A stretch of 59,284 nt of DNA, counting the filler, from Platydemus manokwari (taxonomy: Eukaryota): NCBI GenBank assembly GCA_037951405.1. It is 5 parts of 5 records of this genome, joined end to end, with 100 filler letters (N's around TTAATTAATTAA, not from the genome) between each part and the next. Parts side by side here need not be neighbours in the genome. Positions count along the whole stretch, not along the records: positions 1 to 9,301 come from JBBMOY011269651.1; positions 9,402 to 21,580 come from JBBMOY010268893.1; 3 more parts are not named here. The stretch is one strand, 5' to 3'. Each line of letters opens with the position of its first letter. The stretch's first letter is position 1. This document shows positions 1-11,820 of the stretch, in pieces. A program made the translations under genes and the position numbers. The notes below the pieces were generated by a model. The model was not told where the DNA came from and did no database searches. It saw nothing but the letters and a program-made list of their open reading frames with translations.

Positions 1-704
1 AATTCCCGGGTACAAAGTACCGGATTTCAACGACTATATAAGCAGAGGGATTTCCATCACAATTCACTCTTAAAAATCTCGACGACTTGAATCAAGATAA
101 ACTGTAAAATCAGACAATCAAAAATTCTATTTGAGAAAGTAAAAGTTAAATATTTTATTGAACTACTCTCTGAAGGATCTACCTTTGGGGATAACTAAAT
201 AATTTTTATCCAAAAAATCTATATTTTTAAATTTGTAAGGAAAATAGCGGTTCTCACGGTCTCTGTGAGATTATCACAGGAAATTTGTTTTCTCAATAAA
301 ATCTTGTTTGAGCTAAACTGTGTCATTAATTGTTTGTACTTTGTGATTTAAATAAAATTTGTTATAAATTCTTCTGTGTTGATATAGTTGTTGATATAAA
401 TAAACAAATAATAAAGGGACTCACGCTGTTGAGTTGTGTTCTAACAACCGACAAATTAACATTCATTCACAACCCAACAATAGGTACATGAAGAGAAATG
501 GCCTAAGCCTAAGGCAGTAGACAAAAATCGCTCAAAAGCTACCTTCAGACCTTGATAACAAAGTAATTTATGATTGAATTGTAGAAAATGTAATTGTCTG
601 AAATAAATTTTTATTCACAAAAAATCTTATTTTTTTAACAGAAAAATTTGATAACTTAAGGCTTGGGTATGTCAAAAAAGACCAGTTTTAAAATGTAAAA
701 GTAG

Positions 705-751
705 GGGGAGCATTATACTTGGGTAGTCATTATACTTGGGTGATTACGGTA
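705..751. mobile_element. Terminal inverted repeat of a Tc1/mariner-superfamily (Tc2/pogo-like) DNA transposon; one end only
   Basis: The minus strand reads TA-CCGTAATCACCCAAGTATAATGACTACCCAAGTATAATGC: a CCGTA terminus, a TA target site and an internally duplicated CCCAAGTATAATG motif. I did not find the partner TIR. Confidence 0.5.
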
Positions 752-1033
752 TATAAATTTTATAATGATATCGTTATTAGATTGTACTGTTTCATAAAAT
801 ACGATTCGGGAAAAAATTTAATAACTTCAAAATAATAAATTATAACTTAATCGAAAAATTCAAACCAATTATATTGATCATTTATAATTTATTAAGACAG
901 AAATATTTTCTGTTTAAAATGAATATTTAAATATGAATTTATTTTTAAATCCTTTTAACAATATTCAAATTTTTTTATTGATTGTATATTCCGAAGAAGC
1001 TGATTTTAGACTGTTTTCATTCATCGCAATGTC

Positions 1034-2150
1034 TCAACAATAATAATCGTTAATATTAATCACGCGAATCGATCCATTAACATCATCTTCATTCATTTTA
1101 CGATTTGGTAAAATTAAAACCTCTCCATCTTCCATGTCAACTAAGTGATCATTTGCAAAATTCGGATTGAATGCAAACAACTCTTTTCCTGATATTCCTC
1201 CGTGTTTTCCTTGACGGAAAGCCTTTTCTTTATTTGCAATATCAGTATTGTTTTCCTGTATTTGTTTGGCTCGTTTCTTTCTCTTCCATTCCATAAAGGT
1301 TTCCCATGTGATTTTTGTCAGATTGTCACCCAATGCACCTCGTTCTTTTTCAATAAGATCTTCTAATGAAATCATATCTTCTTTCTGTTCTTCCATTTTC
1401 TTCTTATCTCGTTTTAAAACAAAATCGGCAGGTAAAGCATGTTTGTAATGGCATTTCTCACCGTTCGGACAAGACCAAAACCAACCATATTTATTTGATT
1501 CGACGGCATTCAAAAAATTCTTACATATCTACAATTATTTGTTTTATTAAATATTTATTGATAAATCATAACCAATCACGTACAATCTTTGATTGTCGAA
1601 TTCCATCCTTGTTTTCCATCAAGGGTTTCTTGCTAACAACATCTTCGAATTTATTTTGATCATTAATACCCTCTTTATCTTTTTCCTCTTCTACTTCGTA
1701 AATATTCCTCTTCTCCGTTCGACGAACAACATTCAAGTCGTGAGAAAATTTACATTTGTCACCTTTTGCACACTGGCCTTGTTTGAAAAACACACACAAC
1801 ACCGATTTCGGGTCCACATCCTTGCTTATCTTTTGTTGTTCGACAACTGGTTTGAACAATGTATTTAATTCATCTAATTCTTTCTTTTTCAGTTCCTTTC
1901 TACTTTCGACATTGATATCTTTGTTGGTTTTATTTTTATTGTTGCTATTGGTATTGTTATAAACACTCCTCTGAATTTGATCGACTAATTTCTGTTGTTT
2001 AGCACCTTTCTTGTTTTTCAATCCGAACGTTTGATCCTAATTTGAAAAAAAACATAATATAATAATTTATAATGTTTATCTTCTTACTTCAACAACTTTT
2101 GCCTTTTGCTTAGCGACAGTTTTTTTATTGGGTTGATTTTTTGGAGGCAT
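1034..2150 (-). CDS. ZC3H15: Zinc finger CCCH domain-containing protein 15 (DFRP1/Tma46 family), copy A; exons 2150-2088, 2036-1584, 1528-1034; ~336 aa
   Basis: The spliced translation gives MPPKNQPNKKT...[16 protein letters not shown], a CCCH finger [19 protein letters not shown], a second finger [33 protein letters not shown], and the DFRP region ISLEDLIEKER...TKITWETFMEWK...SGKELF. Both GT-AG introns preserve the frame. Confidence 0.95.
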
Positions 2151-5100
2151 TATTGAAATTGTTAGAATGATTTTTCTGGATTAAATATAAAAACAAAAAA
2201 ATATTTTGTAAAATATTTTACTTGATTCGATAATTTCGATTGATAATAAATTTCACCGGAAACTTTAATTTTCTAATATTTAAGGATATATATATAATTA
2301 AAATACGACGCGATTTAAATTAAACATATTAAAGGATCTAGGCAGATCATCATTTGATATTAGAATGATTGACGATGAAAATATCTTTAATGATTTAAAC
2401 AAAAATGTGATAATAATAATAATATTTAGATTTTTTGTGTTTTTGTGGTTGATTGAAGAAACATCACAAATTTCTTTAAATTTTAATTAAATTATACACA
2501 CGCGCACACACACATATATATGTGTGTGTGTGTGTGTGAAACCTAATAATAATCTAATATACTTAATTATATCAAAGAAATACTAAATATTACGCCACCC
2601 ATAAATTAATTAACTTGTGCTTGAAATTTCAGTGAATGATGGGACTCCTTCAAGGTGTTGTGCGTTTATAGTCGAATTTTCTCAGTTTGACTATTTTTAC
2701 ATGTATGGAATTGACATTGATACAATGAGGGGATACTGATAAGTGACACAATGGACTTAAATACAACTATTATTTTGCTGTATTACATACCCAATACAAA
2801 AACATAATTAAAAAAATAAATAATTCAGAAACCCAGTATAGATAATATAAATCCAGAACTCAAATATAATCTCTCAACCTTCACCAATATATTCACTCGT
2901 GCCAACATATTTGTTTAAATTCAATAATACCATAAAAACTAATTTTAAAATGTGCTGGGACTATAATCAATCAATAACAGAAACCCAATCAATTCAATAA
3001 AACAATTTGATTTCTGAATTTTTGAAATTAAAAATTGATTATTAGACATTTAATTGATTTAACTAATTTTGATTGTCAAAACACTTTTGATTATTATTGA
3101 TTTCTGTCATTCAATTATTTGTTATATTAGATCAAATTTTCTCATTTTATTTCAATATAAAAAAAGATAGGATGTTGATACAGGATGTAATGGCATAATG
3201 AATAAATATAAATAAATAGGAAATAAATAATAGAATAATAATATGACATAAGAATATATACATAATCAAAAATCAACCAAGATAACCACCCGCGCAGCCC
3301 ATGTGTTAAAAAGGATATAAGTAGTCAATCAAAGATTGAACCAGAGAGGCGACACAAAAATCCATAACAGAGATCACATAGAAGTCAGTTGATTACAGAG
3401 TCAAAACCGCAAATTAATCTCACAAATTAGAATCTCATTAAGTAGAAGCCACTAAACCGAATCTATTTTCACGACATTAACATACAGAGAAAGCGAAAAA
3501 TCAACATTCCAACTTCCAAAATTATTGATTGAATTTCATTGTTTAGATGAGCTAATTTTTGTTGTTGGATTTTAATTGAGCGAAGTAAGGATGTAGTTAT
3601 TTATAACGATTAATTTTATACATATTCAATTTATTTAGATTATTTAATTGCCATTACATTTTGATATTATTTTTCCGACTATCTTTTCGTTCGCCATGGA
3701 GTTTCAATAATTCACTTATAGGTGTGCTGGGCATTCTAAAAATTTTTGTCGAATTCCTTTATTTTTAAAGTGTAATCTTTTCGATTATTTATGAAATATA
3801 ATTTTATATTGCATTACAACAGTTTTATTGCTTGAATATAGACAGTTATCGTATACAATCCAATTCGACAATCATATTGATTATTAATTGCAATTTAGGC
3901 AATACTAATTTAAACTTTTATTATTAATCGAATACATTTAGTCAACGTTTAAGCCTAGCTTAAGTTCAATCCAATTTTCACTTAGTGCCTTATTATAAAT
4001 TAAAAGTTTAAAGGAACCGTTAGAAATCAGTTATCTATAGTTTAGTCTTCATACTTACTATCGAAGCTCCTTAGGATACAAAAAGTGAAAATCAGATAAG
4101 GTTATTACAAAAACAAAAAACATGATAATTTCATAATCTTTATATCAAATATGAAATATAAAGACGTCCATTGATAGATCAAAGTTAAAAATTTTAAGTT
4201 TGAAATCTTCAATAAGCTGCTAATTTGTTCAATATAATATATAGAATTAGATGCTTTAGCATTACATAGAAGAATCATCAAATTCGAAAATCAAGGGTTG
4301 TTGAGGTCCATTAGAAACATAATTATCAACGTATCCAACTTACTGTTTCTAATAATTATTGAATAATTATTTGTAAAGATCAAAAGTTTGATTTCGAAAT
4401 AATGTCTTAACCTTTCTCCTCTTCCAAAAAGGTATCTTTTGCAGCAGTGTTAACCCAGCTTTGAGAGTTAAAGAAGCACAAAGTCAAATATTATTTCCTC
4501 GCGTCAATTTCATCAAAAATTTCTATAGCTGTATCGTTCTTGATTCTGATTTATGAATTAATCCCGAAACAATGATATTTAGTTTCTAAATATTCTCTCG
4601 AGCTAAATATATATATATCCACGAGTTTTACATAAAACTCAGCGGACTGCATCACCATGACTTTCGTGGCCCGCTAATGAAGAAAAATTAAGGGTCATCT
4701 AGCACCATCATTGAGAAATAAGTTAATTAATCACAAGGACAAGATGCAGTTCATAGAAGTGCACATCTACAAAGTATAAGTATAAAAATGTTTCGTTCAG
4801 AAGAACAAGGTTACAAACATAAAGTAAGAGACATTTTTATGGAACTAACCAACCCATTTTGACCCAACCGATGCATAAAATAAGTAAAAATAATAATATA
4901 ATTTTTTTTCAAAAAATACAAAAAATATTCATAAAATTTTTAAATTTGTTTTATTGCATCAAAACTAATCGACATTAAGATCATTAGGAAAATCCGCATC
5001 GAAATCTAAAAATAGATTTTCCGATAAACGGAAAATATAAATAATAACACTAGTTGCAATAAATAGACACTTGGACTAAAAATAATAACCTATGCTTTAC

Positions 5101-8100
5101 ATATGCTAAATTTAGTAACATATGATACTAAGCATAGAATGTTACCAAAAATATCAACAGGATGCATGATTCACAATAAAGCACAAAATAGTATATATAC
5201 TGGCATAAACAGACAGCACTCGCACAATTTCGACTATTCACATTTACGATATTTTACTAATTTTCGCAAGAAGATATTTATTTTAAACTTGGACGAACGC
5301 CATGAGCTCAATTCCTCAGCTATTGTATGCTAATTTCTAACCGAAGATTTTCCTGAAGATATTTTTATGCCAATTCCTATGATGCAACCTACGAGTAAAT
5401 TTTTAATTGTTTTTCGACCCACGGCTAATTTTAGTCTTGAGGTCTATTAAAATCATATAGGTTCCTACTTAAAAGTTTCTTACTTTCAACTTTTTGTCAC
5501 GAGAGGCTTAACCCGTTACTTTTTACTTGACTACAGATCTCTTTCCTCTCACAATAACGAATACAGTCTTGAGTGATTTAAATTTATTGTAATTCAATTA
5601 TCATTTATAGATCAATATATTTTATTTTGTTTTGTTTTGTATTGTTCATTCGATTTTAATTATTTATCATTTATATTTTAAATACTATTTTTTATTATAA
5701 TCACCCGAATATTTTAAGCAACAACAACCTCTTATCTGTTTGGATTCCAGATATGTTGAAGATCTAGGGCAACTATTATTAATTCTATTCAAATCCTTCT
5801 GATCAAATTTTGTGAATTATTATATCGAGTTACAAATTGTACATTTGTAATTAGAACTTATTATTACTATATCGACAACCCGACAATCTTTAACACATTC
5901 ATTAATAATTAAGACTACAATAATGATTATCTTCATGAGCTTTATAAGAGTAGATATCAAGTACCGTAGAATAGAGTACTAAAATGTGCATCACAGATCC
6001 TAGAAGAACTCAATTCAAAACATATCATCAAGGTAATAATAGATCATTTTGTAGAAAGAGTTTAGGAATTGCTACCGCACAACTAGTTACTAAAGATATG
6101 GTCTTCTTAATATTCTCAGAAGTATTGAGATACAGCCCAGTTCAAATCTCAGAAATGTCCAGTCTAAAAAACATTGTTTAGCTTAAGCATAAACACAGAG
6201 TCAAGATCAACCACCAGAATCAAATGTGAAAAAAATAAAACTTCAATATTCACAATCATGTTTTTACTTGTTCAGCACATTCAATGTTTTATTCGCAATT
6301 TGTGTGTCATAAAAATTTGAAGATCTTTAATTGTAAAAGCCAATTTTCAATTCTTAAATTATTCAACGGTACTTGGGTTTATCTTAACAATTGATTTCAT
6401 TTGTTTTGTTATCCTCATTTGTCTTATAAATGATAAATGAGAAATGGATTGAAAATAAAATTTAAATTATAATAAATTAATTAAGAACTCGAAAAAGCAA
6501 AGACCTTAAATTTATAGCATATTTATAATTATATTATCTTTGTTTATAATTATATTATCTTTGTGTTTATATAATATATTTACACATATCATTTTTATAC
6601 TTCATATTTTCAACAAATCCTGATCTCAATGTTTCGTTTTTTTAATGTTCAATATATTTTCAAACTGATATGGTGCATAATTTTGGAGCAAGGATTCACA
6701 GTTCAAAGTTCCATTGGTTGTATGATAGCATAGTTTTTGTTACAAAATACTTCATTTAGTATTACCGATAATTGTTAATTCCATGGTAATAAACATCAGC
6801 CTAGGAAAAATTCGGGTAAGATGTCTGAAACAATGGGTTCAGCATCATCTTCTATTTCGAATACAAGTTGTTCCATCTCCACTAGTGATGTTATTAGTTG
6901 ATGTTTCGAAAAATCACTGATTTTTATCCAATGGGTCAATGGATAATGATAGATAACGATAACATTTGCTATTGGCTACTAACAATTGAATATAAATCGA
7001 ATATTTGATAGCTATTGAACATAAATTAAATGTTTGTTAGCTAACCTAAGTCAAACTGAATTACACTTACATAAATTTATAATTCACAACAAATCGAACG
7101 AAATATTGTCCACTTGACTTAGTTAAGACAATCAAATAATCATAAAACTAATGTTGCCTAATTAACATGATAATATAGAAATATTATTCATATAATCGAT
7201 TATTTTGTAAATGCAATTTCATGAAAAATAATTTTAAAAAATGATAAAAACAATAAATAAAAGAGGTTGCCAAGATAATTTTTAAAATGCCATCGACAAC
7301 CCGCAAGGAAACAACAATAAGAAACAATAAAATAAGCACCTAATAAAAGCACAAACAAAAATTAAAGAGGTATCTGAAAAACACATGACAAGAATGAACT
7401 ATATAAGCACCAACCAGAAGTAGAAAAGTCGCAAAAATAAACACAATAATCGTTCAATTCATATCGTCACACTCACACCTAAGCAGAGACACCCAAGCAT
7501 TAAAATTAACCAATAAACAGAAGCAAAACTCGTTACCAAGCAACTCGATTAAACCATCACAAAATAATATTGAGTAAATTTTTATTACATAATTGAGTAC
7601 GCATTATTTTAATGACATTGTTACCTATAAATTAATTGTTGGACATTTGACATATTTCATAAAATCACATCTCCTTGAACTTCATTTAAACACAGAGTTG
7701 AATGGTATTACCTCTTATCTTGCCTTCAAAGCACTACTAAAAAAAATTAAACATTTTACACAATTTATATTTACTGTGTTATTGTTATTATAATATATTT
7801 TTCAGTCTTAAATTATTTTAATCACCTTAATTGTGTTTAAATATAAACACGCAATCTGGAATAACATAAACAATAAATCAGGTTTTTATCTGCATTTCTA
7901 CCTTACCGTTTAAATTATTAACAATTAATTGCCATTATTTTAATTCATCAACAACGTCAAATAACACTATCTCATCAAGAACGGTATCTTAGAAAATATA
8001 TATTTGAAGTACTCAGGTTTCTATATTGTCAGTAATAGTTAAGTAACTAGCTATACTACCAGATTTATCAAACAAATTCAATTAGAAAATAGGATCCCTT

Positions 8101-8468
8101 ATTCACACAAAATCAAAATAATCAGCACCAATAAAACTGTAAAAATTATTATTATCATTAAATATTTTATATTGTAGTGAATAAGTCACTATCGATTAAA
8201 CTTTATCTTAACAAATTTTTTTATTGAAATTAAATTCCAATTCAATTTATTTGAATTTATTTTCGATAAATAATTTTAATTTTAAGATACACAATTCTCT
8301 GTTTTCGATTTTTTTTATAAAGATCATAAAATAAAATAAAATATTTTCACGATTAAATAGCACTTATTCATTCAATTGAGTTAATAAAAAGCGCACGGGA
8401 AAATATTTTTAATATTAAACTTTTGTTTTAATATTAGATTTATAAAATTTATTTAAACATTTCATTCT

Positions 8469-9301
8469 ATGCCACCCAAAAATCAGCCAAGCAAAAAAAA
8501 TGTTGAAAAGCAAAAAGCTAAAATTGTTGAAGTAAGATTACAATTAAATCGCTCAATAAAATTCAAATTTAAACTATAAGGATAAAACTTTTGGGTTGAA
8601 AAATAAGAAAGGTGCTAAACAACAAAAACTCGTTGAACAAATACAGAAAAGCGTCTACCAAGGTAATAAAAGCAATAAAGAGGTTAATTAAATTAATTGA
8701 ATAAAATATGTAATATTTAATAAATTATAGCTCGAAAGATCCAAGGTTGCAAATGAAAGTAAAAAGGAACAGAAAAAGAAAGAATTAGATGAATTAAATA
8801 CATTATTCAAACCAGTTGTAGAACTTCAAAAGATTGGTAAAGGTGTAGATCCGAAATCAGTGTTGTGTGTTTTTTTCAAGCAAGGACAATGTGCAAAAGG
8901 TGACAAATGTAAATTTTCTCACGACTTGAACATTGTTCGTCGAACGGAAAAAAGAAATATTTATGAAGTCGAAGAAGAAAAAGATAAAGAAGATATGAAT
9001 GATTGGGATCAAAATAAATTGGAAGATGTAGTAAACAAGAAACACGGTGACACCAATAAAGGACTACCACCGACAACGATTGTAACCATTTATTTTATAA
9101 ATATTTATTTTTATTAATCAAAAATAATGGAATTGATTAAATATAAATAATAATTTTAGATATGCAAGTATTTCCTAGAGGCTGTGGAGGCAAATAAATA
9201 TGGTTGGTTTTGGACCTGTCCGACCGGTGAGAAATGCCATTACAAACATGCTTTACCTGCCGATTTTGTTTTAAAACGAGATAAGAAGAAAATGGAAGAA
9301 C
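8469..9301 (+). CDS. ZC3H15: ZC3H15 copy B, 3'-truncated by the contig end; exons 8469-8531, 8581-8682, 8731-9081, 9160->9301
   Basis: [21 protein letters not shown]|[16 protein letters not shown]...[21 protein letters not shown]...[16 protein letters not shown]...|[33 protein letters not shown], with three phase-0 GT-AG introns. Confidence 0.95.
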
Positions 9302-9401
9302 NNNNNNNNNNNNNNNNNNNNNNNNNNNNNNNNNNNNNNNNNNNNTTAATTAATTAANNNNNNNNNNNNNNNNNNNNNNNNNNNNNNNNNNNNNNNNNNN
9401 N
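9302..9401. other. Artificial contig linker (N44-TTAATTAATTAA-N44)
   Basis: The same 100-nt spacer, containing a six-frame stop, occurs four times. Confidence 0.98.
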
Positions 9402-9483
9402 AAAAGGTGGAATTGAACCACTTCGATGTCAACCGACTACAGGTTTGAAGCCTGCACCTTGGACCACCAAGGATCATTCCAGC
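9402..9483 (-). tRNA. tRNA-Sec (anticodon UCA), copy 1; last ~5 nt cut by the contig end
   Basis: The minus strand reads GCTGGAATGATCCTTGGTGGTCCAAGGTGCAGGCTTCAAACCTGTAGTCGGTTGACATCGAAGTGGTTCAATTCCACCTTTT. It has a 6-bp D stem (CCTTGG/CCAAGG), anticodon loop CTTCAAA, a long variable arm and a 4-bp T stem GTGG-TTCAATT-CCAC. This is the eukaryotic 9/4 tRNA-Sec fold. Confidence 0.95.
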
Positions 9484-10805
9484 AAAAATATGTCCTTCAA
9501 TCACTTTCATAAGTTTAATAAATAATTATTTCTCATTTTTAATTTCATTAATTCAGAAATTATCAAATTTCAAATTAAGCAAAAATAAACTACTGATAAA
9601 TTTAATAAGTAACAAATTATTATTACGAAAATATAATATTAATTTACTGAAATTAATATTAATTATAAAATTACGATTAATGCTTTTAATGCTTTTCATG
9701 AAATAAGTTACAGATAATATGTTGATACGATGATGAAACTATTGGCATAATAATCAAATGAACGGAATTCTGGATTGGAATTCAATATCAATAATTCTTC
9801 ACGTATATCTATGGTTGTATTTTTTTAATTTTATTGATTTGATCATCTAAAATTGAAAATGCATAAAAGATCAACAATAAGAAGGAATAATCAATAATAA
9901 ATCAAGATCTTAGAGATTGATAGATGACAGAAATGATTTTCGTTGGCAGCTGTTGTATGTTGTCGCTTCAACCTATAATGCTGACTAAGTTATGAACGTT
10001 TGAGTAATGAACGTTAACTAATGTGATTGATGGACAGCTGATGAACATTGAAATGAATTGAAAACTTAAATTTTTAGCCTTAGATTTTTCAAGTCCTGTA
10101 ATTTTATCTATGTTATTTCTGCCATTTATTTTTTATGGCTGGAATAAGGTTAATGATATCAGGAGAAGAAAAATATATAATTAAATTTGGCAACACATTG
10201 TAGGATACAGTAAACCGTACTTAAAGTCTCTTCAATAGTAGTTAGATATAAAACAAACACAAATACAAAATATGGAACAGAAAAAGTAACAACAAGCAAT
10301 TTATATGGTCCATATCCCGATTACACAAATCAATTAGACACATACAAATTACCATTGAAAGAATTGGAAAATATTCCAGTCGAATTAATTTTCCAGTGAC
10401 ATCTAAATTGAATCAGATCTTCTCTATCTACGCAGCAAAACTGTTCTGGATTACGTACTAAGGTGTTCTTCGGAACATGTAACAAATATACCTGTTTAAT
10501 TTTATTCTTTGGCTTTGTACAACATAAATATTAATAAATATCATTACGCTTATCAAAAGTCATTGAAAGCATAAATAAAATTCGTTATAAAACATGTATT
10601 ATTTTGATTGTTGTATCATTTACGAAACCAATGATTATTGAATATATAAGCCAGGAGAACAAAGTGAAAATGATAAATCATTATTTTTAAATAAGCTGAT
10701 TAAAATTGATATACTAGTTTTCAGACAATTATTTGAGCCTTTCACATAGAACCATTATAAATACAAGCGATTAGTAAATTATCAAATAAAATAACCAGCA
10801 ATAAA

Positions 10806-10852
10806 GTCAGCTGACATTAAAGTGGCCCAATTTTCACATTTCTGTAATTTTT
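10806..10852 (+). pseudogene. Decayed 3' half of tRNA-Sec
   Basis: gtcagctgacattaaagtggcccaattttcacatttctgtaattttt aligns without gaps to the 3' half plus terminator of the intact copy (33/47 identities, counted by eye). Confidence 0.6.
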
Positions 10853-11130
10853 ATGAAATGAAAAGGAGACAAGTCTTGATGAATTAAAATATAATGATTA
10901 TTATAATTTTTAATTAGAGAAATAAAAGAAATAGCAAAGCTTTAACTTTTTAAATCATGGCATTTATGGTAATTTGATATTTTGTAATATTTAATGGATA
11001 TCTTGATTCTTAAAATCAATGAAAGCTTTCGCTTATCTTCTGGTTAAGATTGAAAATTATGTTTGTTAAATATTTAACAACGAATTGCAAATAAACATAA
11101 ATTAGAATTGTTCAAACGACAAGTAAAATT

Positions 11131-11213
11131 CGCTGAAAAAGTGTGAACAAATTAGTCCAAAGTGAACCAATAACAGATTTGAAGTCTGCAAGCTGACAAC
11201 CAAGAATTTACTC
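11131..11213 (-). pseudogene. Decayed tRNA-Sec copy
   Basis: The plus strand cgctgaaaaagtg...aaccaataacagatttgaagtctgcaagctgacaaccaagaat parallels cgctgaaaaggtg...aaccgactacaggtttgaagcctgcaccttggaccaccaaggat. The anticodon loop is kept, the T arm is destroyed, and the 3' flank is also homologous. Confidence 0.75.
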
Positions 11214-11357
11214 AAATAACAACTCAACGTTCTTATATTCAAACGACAAGACGGAATGTGAACTGAATGTAGGAAATACAGCTAGAGAAATTGGAATAAT
11301 CAAAATAGAAACTTGGAGGATTTGATCAATGGAAATATTTAAATATAAAAAAATTTA

Positions 11358-11427
11358 TGGTCCAAAGATCAGTCTTCAAACATGTCGTCAGTTGACATCA
11401 AAGTGGTTCAATTCAATCTTGTCAGTG
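11358..11427 (+). pseudogene. Decayed, inverted tRNA-Sec copy lacking the 5' acceptor/D strand
   Basis: tggtccaaagatcagtcttcaaacatgtcgtcagttgacatcaaagtggttcaattcaatcttgtcagtg is followed by TTTTT and a flank (aaatctaaatta) shared with copy 2. Confidence 0.85.
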
Positions 11428-11569
11428 ATTTTTGCAAGTACATTAAACAAATCTAAATTATAATTATTATCATTTTATGATCATATTTAGTGAAAATAAT
11501 ATTTGGCTTGGAAATAAACATGTACATTCTTTTTAATAATTTAGATTTGAGTAACGGGCATGTAAAAAT

Positions 11570-11656
11570 CGCTGAAAAGGTGGAATTGAACCACTTCGAT
11601 GTCAACCGACTACAGGTTTGAAGCCTGCACCTTGGACCACCAAGGATCATTTCATC
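11570..11656 (-). tRNA. tRNA-Sec (UCA), copy 2, full length 87 nt
   Basis: The body is the same as copy 1 and ends CCACCTTTTCAGCG (discriminator G), followed by a TTTTT Pol III terminator. The 5' strand GATGAAATG gives one A-G mismatch at acceptor pair 2. Confidence 0.93.
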
Positions 11657-11820
11657 AAAAATATGTCCTTTAATTACTTTCATAAGTTCAATAAATAATT
11701 ATTTCGCATTTTTAATTTCATTAATTCAGGAAATTATCAAATTTCAAATTAATCAAAAATAATCTACTTATAAATTTAATAAGTAACAAATTATTATTAG
11801 GAAAATATAATATTAATTTA
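11657..11820 (-). promoter_or_regulatory. Upstream flank of tRNA-Sec, duplicated at 9484-9646; presumed external Pol III promoter
   Basis: About 165 nt upstream of both intact copies is nearly identical. Metazoan tRNA-Sec genes use upstream PSE/TATA elements, but I could not delimit the individual elements in this AT-rich sequence. Confidence 0.5.

Noticed and set aside
2496-2540. (CA)n-TATATA-(TG)n perfect hairpin
   Set aside because: It is an ordinary abutting microsatellite.
9302-9401. TTAATTAATTAA palindrome recurring four times within N runs
   Set aside because: It is an artificial six-frame-stop linker. It also means ZC3H15 and tRNA-Sec are not shown to be neighbours.
11453-11683. 76-aa ORF on the minus strand
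   Set aside because: It is a chance frame running through the tRNA-Sec gene.
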